64,000 nucleotides of DNA from Chrysomallon squamiferum (Eukaryota; Animalia; Mollusca), in contig CM022671.1 of NCBI GenBank assembly GCA_012295275.1, forward strand, positions 806,001-870,000, given 5' to 3'. Shown here piece after piece: positions 27,205-41,200 of this stretch; positions within the stretch are counted from its first letter, which is position 1, and every line of letters starts with the position of its first letter. The notes below the pieces were generated by a model, which did no database searches, was not told the DNA's origin, and saw only the letters and a list, made by a program, of their open reading frames with translations. Both the position numbers and the translations under genes were made by a program.

Positions 27205-28759
27205 CTATTTTTGTAACACTAGCTGTTCAATAAATTCACTCTGTTCTTGTTCTTCTTTCTGTAGAGAATCATACTGGATATTTAACCTGAAATTTTAAAA
27301 TGTACAATTATATTTTTACACGAATATTTCTAATTTAACACATCATCAAATATATAAATATAACAATTTGTATTTTTTCTTTTTACAAGCTTGGGAATCA
27401 TAAATTTATTCACTGCTTTAAAAGTTAAATTTGTAAAGCTATTTTCAGAGAAATTCTATTTTCTGAAAATTATTTTTTGCAATTAAAAAAAATATTAAAA
27501 AGTTGAACTTAAATTTTTAAACAAAAATATTGCTATTACAAGAGTTTAATGTTTTTTCTTTTTTAAAATATCAGAAAATATTTTATCTTTTAAAAATTAT
27601 ATATATATATTTATATTTTTTGTTTTTTGTTTTATGTACATTCGTGTATATGCACATACATATATTTTAATGTTACCTACAAAATATACATCTTTCAGAA
27701 ATGGTGGCAATGATTTTATTTTTTTAATGAATACATAACTGCAAAAAGCCAGTTACCTTTCAAGCTGCATTTTTTTCTCTGTTATCAAAGCTACCAATTG
27801 TTGTTGTTGAGCTTCTCTCTGTTTAGCCATTGATTTCAAAAGATTTCTTGCACCTATTGCCTGTAATTATATTACATATACTGCTTTATTTTTTGCCATA
27901 CATGAAACATACCTTTTTTATAAAAGAATTTAAGAAGTGAAAATGTAGACACCGTCACAAAAAACAGAAGGAATTAAAACAAATTTTTATTCATATATTG
28001 GAACATACAAACCTTTAATTTTTCTTTTTCCACTTTGGTAGCAACTGAGTCCACAACTTCAATAAAAGAACCAACAATCTTCTGAAATTCCTCGATTTCT
28101 GAAGAAAATAAGTACTCTTTGAGTTTGTTTCTGGAACATTTGTTTGAAACAACAATTCAGACAGTTTTACATTGATTATATTTTTCAATACTTAACATTA
28201 TAAGGGATATAATAATAATAACTACAACATAAGTAGTAATAAAACTATGAATATTTCTTACTTAATAAATATTTTGAGTTATGTATAACGAACAACTTTA
28301 CTGGGTAGCTTTTAGTATTAGTATCACAGATTACTTTACCGTTTATATAACTTTAAGTATTACTGTAATGATATTAATCATTTAATGGCATGTCCATGAG
28401 TGTGATTTATGAGTCGAGTATTATTATTAGTAGTATTCGCTAGTATCAGCATCAGTCTCATCACAAATCATCACTGATACTATGTCATTTGGTTTATGTG
28501 ATACTGATAGTATGATATTTGATTATTATTTGATAATAATTATATTTTATAATAACAACTAAACACTGAACAGGTGTCAGGTGCCAGGAAATGTCACAGA
28601 AACTTTAAAATTTTTCAAATATTACTTACTATCAACAAAATCTTTGCATTCTTCTTTTAATTCATTAGTCTGCTGCGCAACTTCTGGTTCTAACACGCGA
28701 ATTTTATTTAACTCGTCGAAGTGTAAACCATAAGCTTTAGCTAAAGCTTCGTCGGCCAT
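27205..28759 (-). CDS. IFT20: Intraflagellar transport protein 20, 4 coding exons (missed by the ORF track)
   Basis: Exons 28759-28630, 28098-28013, ~27861-27758, ~27287-27205 translate as [57 protein letters not shown]...[22 protein letters not shown]...[10 protein letters not shown]. Confidence 0.96.
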
Positions 28760-30261
28760 TTTCGTTGTTGGTATGCAAAATTAACTGTTAACCTGTAGCT
28801 TGCAAAGAAGTAGGTTAAACCAATGTTTTTCGCAGTATCTATGAAGAACGGTACATTATCAGGAATAACTAGTTTTCTTGTTGATGTACTGATGATAGAT
28901 ACAAAAATGTTGACTAACTTACCAAATAAATTAGTTTCAAATTTAAATTAATTTAGAAATTTTTATAAATTAAATGTTGTAATAAAATCGTAATCTGACT
29001 TAATATATTATGTACTAGTTACATTTATTATGTATAAATAAAAGAAGAAGAAAAACATTTCTTTTAATAAAAAGTAAATCGTTACAACATTGGAACATTA
29101 AACTGATTTGCTTAAAGTATATATTCATTGGTTTAATTATTGGCAAAAAAAATAAGAGATATTAACTGCTTAAATTAAAATTGTCTTAAATGTATAGTAC
29201 TTTGATCACATCAGGTACTTGATTCTTTGTGCTTCACTATCACTGTAAATGTGTCTAGAATCAGCAAATCAATTTGTTTAACTTGGCAGTGTTGCAAATG
29301 TAATGGAAAAGGTTGCATTATTTAAAATCAATGCGAAGGAACAAAACTAATCTATTTGGGATATAGGAAAAGGCTTGAGGCTTATAACCACCAATTTACA
29401 TGTTCTTTTAAAATTACGCTTTATAGAATAGGATAATTATTGTTCTTCTTTTTATTATTTTTATTATTTATTTCTTATATAAAAATATTTTTTTTTTTTT
29501 AAATCATTTTAAAAAAATGTAATGTATATATATATATGCAAAGTTGAATGCAAAAATATCCGTAGGATATTTAATGGGTTTTTTTTTTATAACTATATGA
29601 CATCATTTCTATCACATAGTTATTATATTCTTAATAGTAACGTTAATAAATAATAGCTTATGTGGACGAAAATTACCGGAGGGTAAAAACCGAAATATAT
29701 TTTGTTATATTTGGTAAAATCAGTATAATTTAAAATTTATTTTAGAAATACGCAAATGCTTTCAGAAAGAATGACAGTCGCTAATAATGTTTACATTATA
29801 TAATTTGTTCGTTTCTCTCTCGTTCATGTGAATGTATGTATGTTTGGGTACATTTAAACATTGTCCTGTCAATTACTGTTGATTACATATACTTGTAGTA
29901 TACAAATCATTACACATGTTATTCAGTCTTACTATATAAAATAATAATTATAATAATAATAAATTTTTATTTTCCGTTATCACTAGGTGGGCAACCAAAA
30001 GCATTGAATAATTACTTTTCTGTTTGTGGTGCTTAAAAATATCCATTTAATCTAAACGATAACAGAATAATCTTTTGAAGCCTATTGTAGATTTTTTCTT
30101 TCGTATTGTTATTTTATTTTTAAATGTTTTGTTTGGAATTATAATAAACTGATACTAAAAAAAATAGTCATTCATCATATTTATTTATAAAACTAACACG
30201 GCTTTCCTAGTCATAGCTTATCCTTTTTTCACTCAATGACCGGCCCCCGACTTATAAATAA

Positions 30262-30286
30262 ACTTCCGATTTACGTCATCGGAAAA
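30262..30286. promoter_or_regulatory. CRE-like TTACGTCA flanked by inverted ETS-like TTCCGA/TCGGAA in the IFT20/BACURD divergent spacer
   Basis: acttccgatttacgtcatcggaaa, ~180 bp before the BACURD ATG. Confidence 0.45.
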
Positions 30287-30463
30287 ATGTTTTTCTTTAG
30301 TGTATAATAAACGTAGTTATATCAATGTGATTGATATTCATTTCAATTTATTTTAAACTACTTTTATTGACATTTGAAAAGGAAGTCGACGAAAATCACA
30401 TACAAACAGGAACTTTCAAATCTGACTTTTGACAGACGTTTTGCCTGCTAAGCTGAATCCAAG

Positions 30464-33236
30464 ATGTCTGGAGACTCCCACAAAACCGTCATCAAAGGAA
30501 ATACATCAAAATATGTCAAGTTGAATGTTGGAGGTTCACTTCATTATACAACCATTGGTACCCTGACAAAACATGATACGATGCTTAGAGCTATGTTTAG
30601 TGGGCGAATGGAAGTTCTAACCGATTCGGAAGGTAATTATAATAAAATATTGTAACCCCGAATCTGACAGTGACATTACCTGTCTAGTCACACCAGTCCA
30701 GAGCGACCATCACAGGCTGAATTTATGAATAAGTGACGAGTTGAATAAATGAGCCAGACAGTCATTACCACAGATACTAGAATTAGTACTTGTATTTATC
30801 ATGAAAAATAAAAAATGCATCTTAAACTTAACAGATATTACGAATATTAACTATTGATTATATCACTATATCATTTATATGTGCATAATTATTACATATT
30901 TTGGGATAGTTTATCATGGGTACATGTGATTGAATTCGTTTTCTTCTGGCAGAAAATTTGGGTATGTAGCACACATGTATTTTAATACATGTAAATTGTA
31001 ATGACATTCAGATTCAGTCTCAGACAATAGTTCACCATATATTGAAATTCAGGAACTGTGTTAATTGAAGTAAATCAAAACAATAGTAAGACTCAAAATA
31101 ATTATTATACAGTTAGGCTACAAAGAAGTTTGATTTTCCTTTTTCTTAAAAAAAATATCGCTGTAATTTGTTTTTGGAAAATAACTTTGTGTAATTAATT
31201 TAATTTAATTTTATGCAAATCATGTTTATCTTAACAGGATGGATCCTGATTGATCGATGTGGAAAGCATTTTGGTACGATTCTAAACTTTCTACGAGATG
31301 GAAGTGTTGCCTTGCCAGATAGTCGCCGTGAACTTCTGGAGGTGTTGCAGGAAGCTAAGTATTACCTTGTGAATGACCTGGTGAAAATGATCGAAAGTGC
31401 GGTGAAGAAAAGAGAGGAACCTGAGCCATTGTGTAAAGTACCTCTGATTACATCAAACAAAGAAGAACAACTACTTATTGCTTCAACATCAAAGGTAATA
31501 TTTTGACACAGTATTCTTTTTAATTTCAAATCCATAAACAGCATTCAAACTGTACCTTTAAACAATCAGATAAGCAAATAGGTTGACGTCTGTTTTAAAA
31601 AAAGTGCTCAGCTTGTCTAAATTATTTATTAATATCAGTTACATAGATAGAATAAATATTGTAGATTGTTTTGTAAAAGAGAATGTCATCACCATTTCTT
31701 GTTACAGAACAGATTGGTAATACAGAAACTATATTACAGGCTGTTTTATTTTTCACACCATTTGATTCTTTTCCTGATTGGTATTTAATACTATTACTAA
31801 CTAACTAAGCTTTAGTTTGATTCATACAAATTGTTAAAAAAGTTAACATAAACAATTAATTTTTTTTCATTTGCTCGAATGCTTTCATTATCTTCACTTG
31901 TTTGAAATTATTTTCCAAAAATGATATAGTTTACCTTCATTCTAATTTCACCCATGTCTGTGCCCTTAACATTTTAATTCTGCCATCACTGTATCTAGAG
32001 ATCCTATTTTTTATGTGATATAATAACTTGTACTCTGTATTTTATACATTTACATAATGTAGAATATAATAGTGCACAATGATAAAGTTTTATGTCTGAC
32101 AGATACAGCAGCTAGATATATTTATAAAGAGCTTGTATTTATCCTAAAATTTCATTTCTTTGCAGCCAGTTGTTAAACTGATATGTAACAGACATAATAA
32201 CAAATATTCTTACACAAGGTATGTATTACTTGTATTGACCTGAATTAAAAATGATAACTGAAAACAGTTTAAAGAATTCAACAGTTCTAAAGGTGTAATT
32301 AAACAAAATTTCTATCTATGTTAGTATAGATTTTTAAATATACATTTAATGCAGCAGCACATTTCAAAAGGAAATTTTTTTCGGAAGCTGAACCAGCATT
32401 TTTATTATTTAAAATTAAACATGCCATGAAACTTTTTATGAATATATTTTTAATGATATATTTCACTGTGCAGAAAAGAAAAAAAAAACTATTTTTTATT
32501 CATGTTTGGTTTATATTTATTGCTTTAATACATTTTAATAAATTTAATTTTTTTCAGTAATTCGGATGACAATCTTCTGAAAAACCTTGAACTGTTTGAC
32601 AAATTGTCTCTGAGATTTAATGGCAGAGTTCTCTTCATCAAGGATGTCATTGGTTCCAGTGAGATCTGTTGTTGGGTGTTTTTTGGACACCAGCAAAAGA
32701 TGGCTGAAGTTTGTTGCACTTCCATTGTTTATGGCACAGACAAGAAACACACAAAGGTGATTTCCTTTGCATTTCATTTGTTGTTAAAATCAAAGTAATC
32801 ATTTATTGTGTGGAAGTTATAACAAAACTAATCTTTGCTATGTTCATAATTCTGAAAAATATTTTTACATGTGTATCTTTTTAATTACAATATATTAGTT
32901 AACGATTTTGTAAAATTTAGGCAAATGCTTCAACAGTTGCATTAAAATTCAAAATTTTCTATACATGATGCAAAATGAATATTTGAAATTTTAACAATAA
33001 ACTGTATGTATTTTATTTCCTAGAATAATCATGAATTTGTTAATTGTCTATCTCAGGTTGAGTTTCCTGAAGCCAGGATATATGAAGAGACATTAAATGT
33101 ATTGCTATATGAACATCGTGACAAGGGACCAGATCTGGAACTGATGCAGGCAACGAGGGGTTTCACTGTTGGTGTTAATGGCTACCACAGTGATGATGAT
33201 GTTGAGGATCGTGATCACAGGCTGTGGCGGAAATGA
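30464..33236 (+). CDS. KCTD10: BTB/POZ Cul3 adaptor BACURD (KCTD10/TNFAIP1/KCTD13 pro-ortholog), 5 exons
   Basis: [103 protein letters not shown]. Exons 30464-30632, 31238-31494, 32166-32218, 32558-32756, 33057-33236. Confidence 0.95.
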
Positions 33237-34497
33237 CATTACAACTACCAATCAGTATTTTCAACATGCTCAATATTGCAGGCTTTGAATTAAAGATTAA
33301 TATAGGACCCAAAGATGTGTGACAATGTGATTGAAATGTTAGTATTATAATATTAAAGTTAAGAGATATTTAGGCATGGCATATACTGTACTTGCATTGC
33401 AGATAGGTATTTTTTAACATCAAAAAGCTATCATGAACAATATGACGAACATTAAACATTTATTTGTTATTTACATTTCTCAACACCCTTTAAATGGCCC
33501 TTTAAAGCCATGACTGTTTGACATGACGTTTTCTTCACTTTAATCCATTAAAATATCAGCTTTGATGAACACACTTGTGAATTCAACAAAAATACATTTT
33601 TATTTGTTGTGGCATTGATTTATACAAGTGCAATATCTTTCTTTTATTGAATTTCTGTAACTTTGAAGCTGGAATATGCTTGTTTTATTGTGAAAACTGT
33701 ACACCAAATTGTTTTGGATGATGGAATAATAGACATTCTACAGAAACCCTGTATATACTGATCTTGTATTATTGTGATGTTACGTCAGTAAGCATTGTGT
33801 GTGTAGACATTGACAAGGATGTGTGTAGTTTGCTGGTATGTTTTGTGATTTTTGTCAGTGGATGTGTGTGTATTATTCTTAAAAGCTTTGATGCTGTTAC
33901 ATCATGTAATAAAAAAGAAAAAACTGTATTTTTATTTGTCTCAGTATTTGATTTGAACTTGGTTAAAACTAAATTATTTTGAAACTATAAATTACTCCAA
34001 AAACTGTTTAGAAAGAAAGCCTATTATAATTACACCATTTTTATCTAATTTTTGACACTTTATATTTAAATTAATAAATATTTTACAGTCACATAAATAT
34101 GGAGTTAAAATTCTTTATATATATATTTCACAGTTATACTAAACAGAATATAGGTAACATAGATAACAAAAACTAATGTTTCATATTTGAATCAGGTGAT
34201 AGGTGCATATATTTGTTTTATACCAACTAGTATGCAACTTAAGAAAAGTGATAATTTACCTGTTTGAAAATAATGGAAAGGCTAAAAGCAATAAATTTTA
34301 TTGTTTATGTAAATATCTGGCTTATTTCCGGTTTAAACCTATGGTACAAAAGTAAGTAATCTAACATCAAGGTGTCTGTTTTCCATTCCTGATACCATGC
34401 ACCCAAAAATCATTATTTGAACACACAGAAAACTACCCAGTGCTATTCAAAATATATAACATAACAACTTAAGATTACTTAACAGCTTTACATTTAC

Positions 34498-34531
<34 letters not shown>

Positions 34532-35266
34532 CTTTTAAAAAATACATAAACGACATAAATTTAAAAAAAAAAAAAAAACAACGGTGACCTGTCAAAAAAA
34601 ACAAATACAGTAAATAAATAACATAAATAGCAATACGTCAATAGTTGTTTTTTTTTTTTTTTTTTTAATATAAAAATTGTACCTTTTTTTCTGTTAACTT
34701 GGATAACATCTTAAAAAGTGGTTATCATGTCTGAAACATTTTAACAAGCACGTTTAAAATAAACCATGCTATCTGCATAGTATTATGTATAGATTATTAT
34801 GAATTATTAAATGTGCGCTAGTTCAATCTTAATTTTATTCTGGATGATAAATTTCATTTTTTTTTTTTTTTTTTTTCTCATCCCGGCCAATCGAAGCTGA
34901 TTATTTTTTCTTCTGCGACAGTTTGGTTTATCTGTAATTTGAAATTGTATAATTACAAGCATCTCTATACCATTATAGAAGCTTTGCAAAAATATAATCA
35001 TATAAATGAAGTGAAATCACTATTTTCAATGTACAAGCCAAAGCACTTTGGACGAGTTGGTGAACAGAGTAATCTCCCTTAGTGGAAACATAAATGTCAG
35101 TCAACTTCCTATTTTAGTTTTTTCCAGCACTTTTCTTGGTGTTTGTTATCAATGTTACACATGACTGACCATGTACTTGTGATGTTCGATCACTTAAGAA
35201 CTTTACTTCCAGTTATTTCATGCGTATTTAATTAAATACATATTCCGTTTAGCTACTTATAACTTT

Positions 35267-38200
35267 ATGATGTTTGCAAAAGTTGATACCAAGAAAAACG
35301 AATTTTTGGATCAAGCAAAAGCGGCACGGGCAGAAAGAGCCCAAGAGGCTGTGAGAATAAAAGCTGCCATAAAAATACAGGTAACTTTTCAGCTATTTAA
35401 AAAAGTATAAAAACTTCGATACATAAATTGTCAGCAGTAAATGTTTCTAGTTCTACAGATATTACTTGCACAAATTACATTTATTACTAATTTATTTAAC
35501 AATTGATTTAGCATTTTTATTTGCCCTTTTCTTTTTATTTAAACTAAATTTTAATCACACTGATTTACAGTGAATGTAGTAAATGAAAATGTATAAACTC
35601 ATTTTATTATTTTTTTTATTATTATTTTTTTTACACCTCCAGACATACCACTGACATTATGTCACTAAATAATAAATAAATAAATAAAATAAACAAAATA
35701 TTGATAAAGAAAGAAAAAAAAGTAATAATAAAAGCTTTATAAATGTGTACTTTCTACACTTTCTAACATACCTGCTTTGAATATTAGTAATAGTAAAACA
35801 GCTAATGCTGAATGATTTTAAATAAATTCATAAGGTTGTTTTATTATGTTCAGTTTATGAATATACACTGTAAAATAATACAGTGTTAATGCTGTAATGC
35901 TTATGTTTTCAGGCTCTAGTACGAAGTTTCCTTAGCAGACAGAAATTTAAAAAAGAATTAAGGTTTGCTTCTATAATATGTATACTTATTAACTGTTAAT
36001 ATATCATTTATAAAAATAATCATCATCTTTTTATTAATAGTAATAATAATTAAAATTATATTAAAATTATAAATTTTTAATAAAATATAAATAATACTAC
36101 ATAATACTACATACCCAGCAGTGTATTTAATTAGTTATTTTGTTTTATATTATAAAATGACAGTATTTCTTACTAACAGTAATTTTATTTATGCAGTATG
36201 GTTATTTTAACTTTTTCTCTCTTTTTTTTTCTAAATTATACAGACAGAAAATTGATGCCTTTTTACAGATTCCTGAAGACAGTGAGACAGAATACAAACC
36301 AGTTTTAATTCCAGGTATATAACTACTGCTTATTTATTTCACCTTTTTGAGCAATAAATGGTAATGTTTTACATGAATCTGTAATTGGTTGTTGTAATTC
36401 AGTTATAACTTCCAACTTTAACAAATGCATTATCCAAAATACTGTACATTTTTTCAGTTGCACTAAAAGCAGTTATTAACTTTAGAGAGTTACATTTTGT
36501 AGTTTGTTGAGTGACAAATACTTTTTCAAGATAACTTTACTACAGTTCACAGTATTTCAACAATGTTTGATAAAACAGTATCGCTTAGGATTTTTTTAGA
36601 ACTGTAGTATAAAAAATGTAATTTTAATTTATATTTTCACCAAATTGCAGGTGTTGAAGCATTCCATAAAGTGAAAATATGTATGTACCTCATGAAAGAT
36701 CCACAACATGAAAAGGTTTAATAGTATTTAAATTTTTAAAACTGCATTATAGAATAATACTATAACAAACAATAAATGTGGACTGAATTTATTCAGTGGA
36801 TCAAAGAACACTTGAAATATATACACTTTGACATATTTTATTATTTATTACTGGTTTTCATGATTTTGTAATGATTTTAGAAGAAAAGAAACAATGTGTT
36901 AACACATTGTAGGTTACAATTCATCAGCAAAGGTATCTTTTATTTGCTAATTTCTGTAAAGATGATAGCACATACAAATACATTATTGTGTGAATGGTGC
37001 AGAATAGAGAGAAAGTAGTTCATTTGAAACACCAAAAAGTATGTGAATTATTGAGTTTTAGATAAAATAGCTAGTGGTAAATTTCAACCTACTTTAGTAG
37101 TGAAATAACATACAATGGCTATACATCTTCTACAATTTTTACATGTTTTTCAGGAATTTGAGTATCTTTGTAGATACTTACTGGCATCAATGGACACAGA
37201 TGTTACAAAAGTAAGTAAACATTTAATATGATGATGTTTTATTATTCAGTTTGCTATTACTATGAAGTTAGCATAAAGGATAAAAAAAAAAAAAAAACTG
37301 AAAAGAGAGCTACATGACAAAAAATCTGTTCAGTAAATCATCCATTCATCCATCCATCCATCCATAATCAACACCATAATAAATAAATTATTTCTTGTTT
37401 AAAGTTTTAAAGCAGATTTAAGTAAAACTACTAAGATCAGTATATATTAAAGCAATGATTTAAAAAAAAATTAGCATTGAAAATACAAACATCTTCTGAC
37501 AACATGATTTCATGCTCTGTAGAAGATATTTAATTTTTGGTGTATACTTAAAGTTGTATTATGACTGTTGTGTTTTATCAGATGTCCTACGTGTATGTGG
37601 CTTTAGTGAAGCAGTACACGTTGTCATGGATACAACAGTTAAAAGATGTTCTCTGGAGATGCTGTCTCTGTTTGCAACAGCTTAAGGTTTACCTATTTAA
37701 TAAATTTACAATAATTAAATCTCTGATAGTACAAGTTAACAACACTAAAAACAAACAACAAGAATAACTAAGGCTGTGCTTTTGCTGTTATTTCATGTAT
37801 TCATAAAACTGAATTCTATTTAGAAAATGAATAAAATAAATTTCTAAAAGCAAACTGATAAAGATAATTGGGAACAATAATTATAAACAAGACCATAAAG
37901 AGTGCCGAAAATGTATATATTAATAAGGGAATAATTACTGTTGTAAGTGTAATTTTTCAAGCATTTTTTATTATTTCTTTTTATATTTAAGTTACATTAT
38001 TATTTTAAATAAACATTGATCTTAAAAGAAAACAAATTATATATTGATCATTTTGTGTAACTTCAGCCAGAGAATTACAATGAAATGAAATGTATCAGCT
38101 TGTATTTACGTGTGTTGATAACATTCACAAGCCCTGCTCCTTGGAAAATACTCAAAGGAAAATCAGGTACTTCATTTTTATCAATTCACTTGTTGATAAT

Positions 38201-41200
38201 ACAGCAATATTAAAATACTGTACTTTCAAACAAAACATTTTTTATTTATGCATTCATATTACATATGAACTGATTATTATTATGTTCTTTTTTACAGTGT
38301 CCTAATTCTGTAATGTTTTTGTTACTGCAGGCAATACCCTCACAGTTGGTATGACACAACTCTGTAACAATGTCATGGGACATCTGAATAGTATGGGTAT
38401 TTACAAAATTTTACAAGTAAGTTTTGTTCAGGAATATTTATTATAGCTCATTTTTACTAAACCCATTTTAATAGTAACATGCTGGAAAATATTTTAAAAA
38501 TAATTTAGGTTTTTTTTTTCCTTACATTTACTTCATTAGTTAAACACTGACAAAAAGTAGTTTTTGTACAACTATTTTATGTATTTTTACTTAATATTCC
38601 AACAGTTAAAAACAGAAGGAAATATTTATTATAATTTTAATTAAACTTAAAAGAAAGATAAGCAAGACTGTTAAAGGAAACATGATTTTGTACGTTGTCA
38701 GTTTATTTACTTTGTTAGAGCACCAGTTTTAAAAATTAATGACTTGTACAGCATTTTATTTCTTATTTTAAAATTATGATAAACCGAATGCTAATAGTAA
38801 CATTTACTTACGAAGTTTTGTTTTACTTAAGGCAAATGAATTTTTTACATTTCAGAGTCTTCTGACTAAAGGTCTTGCTAGATCAAAACCAGTTTTCACA
38901 CGAGCTCCCCTGTCTGCCATTGTTACAATAGCTTTGAGGTGAGATTAAAATATGACATTTGTGTTTGTTGTTTATTTGGCTGTTTCCACTATTATGGTTT
39001 TTTCGTGTGTTTTTATAAAAGTTGCAAACTTTCACGTTTTTAAAAGACATTATTTTACCATTCTGTATGTTTGTTTCTAAATAGAGGTTAGAATTTAGCA
39101 GACAGTTTTTAAAGTAAGAGAAAAATATTCTAAAATATTCTTATTTTAATCTTAAATTGTAATTGTTTGTTCATTAGAGAAAAAAACAAAGAAAAAGAGT
39201 TATTATTATAATTTTTCATATAATTCACAATTATCAGGACTTAAAACAAAATTTTAAAATTTGTTTTCAGACCTCTGATTGCTGCTAATTTCTCAGATAA
39301 TCTGTTGACTGTATTTCTTCTACACATTCTGTCTGTACCAGCCATTGTTCATCACATTGCTGCAATATCTCAAGAGGTAAGTATCAGTGTAGTCACTTAG
39401 AACAAAGATAAGGTGTGGATGGTAACTCCATTGATACTATTAGTGATACAACCATGTACATTGTTTAATTTGTTGTTCCAGTGGGATGTGTGAATTATTT
39501 ATCAATTACCATTATATGTACTTCCTGTGTGTTGGAAGGTTGCTTCATAACTGTACCAATATTGATTACAAATGTCTGATGATATTTAAAAAAATATTTT
39601 AACTTTTTAAAATATGCTCTCAACAACATTATGCTTGTTAACTTATCATTATTACATTTATTTTGTTTTTTATCTTTCAAGATTAGGATCTATATATGTA
39701 TACGTCAGTAAAAATCTTTAAAATGTTTTGGGCGTTTTTTTATGCTTTTTTAAACTTCAAAATTTAATACATTTAAATCTCAAAAATTTCAAATTAAGAT
39801 ATTTTTGTCTGTAAATAAATGTTCACATTTATATTTACACTTTTTATTTTATCTGTACACATGCAGGCATGTACACAGACACACACACAGACTATTGCAG
39901 TATATACAAGTATTTTTAATTGTACACATGCAGGCATGTACACAGACACACACACAGACTGTTGCAGTATATACAAGTGTTTTTAACTGTTTGTACACAT
40001 GCAGGCATGTACACAGACACACACACAGACTATTGCAGTACATACAAGTATTTTTAACTGTTTCAGTGTCTGACAACTCTGATTTCTCATCGAATCTTCA
40101 AGAGGTGTCTTGACCTCTTGACAAATGAACAGAGTACACGAATAATTTTCAACTCACTTGAAGGAAACTATGCACTTTGTCTGATGGGTGAGTTACTGAC
40201 ATTATTGAAATTCAGTATTTAATAAATAAATACATTTAAATAGAACTGTACACTTGTCTTATGGATTAGTTAGCTGTATACTGAAACCAGTTTAATACAT
40301 AATTTGTACTTTGTCACTTGGATGAGATATCAAAATAAAAAATAAATAAATGTTTGCCACAGTGCTGTGCATTAAGATTTTGTTTTTTCTTTGCAGCTAA
40401 TTTAATACAGCTTGGATTTCTTGAGCTTGAAGTAAGTTAATATACATTTCTGTTTTTCCTTATTAACATTTTTCTTTCAATTAACTTAATGATAGTCATA
40501 TTTTAACAATTTCCAGTTAGATGAATAAAAAATGAATAATTCAGAATTTAGTTTTATAAAATTAGTTTGTACAAAAATAAGTTTATAATTGTGTTTATAA
40601 CTGTACAAAGCATTTTTTAAAAACATTTTTTTATTACTTCTCCATAATTAACATAACCTAGTTATGTCCTGAATTTGGACAGAAAGCAGTGGTAACTTGG
40701 TTTATTTATTATTCTTTTAATTATCAAGCTGTAATAAAATACCACATTTTGCTATAGTTTTTCAATGGCTTGCACGCTGTAAATCTGTTATCTTTTTCTT
40801 ATTATTCAGGGATTGGTGGAGAATACTCAGGACTTCATGGTAAGTTAGAACTGAAACCATTTTAAACATCTTATTACTCATGTGCAATGTATATTGTTGA
40901 AAAACATGTAAGAACTGCTGATACTAATTTTCACTTTAACTTGCATGTGTTTTATTTCACAGCTTGTCATGGTTCGACTTCTAGACAGTTGCAAGATGTA
41001 CGTACAGAACAAGAAATCCAGTCTTACACACTGGCATCCAGTACTGGGCTGGTTCTCTCAGAAAACAGATCAGAGGTATGTTGTATTTTTAATTTGATAA
41101 GTTACTTGTTTTAATTAGACTTGTTGTTTATTTTAATTATAACAGGATTTTAATTTTATGTGTATTTCAATTAAAGATACTGATATTTTTCCTTTTTGTC

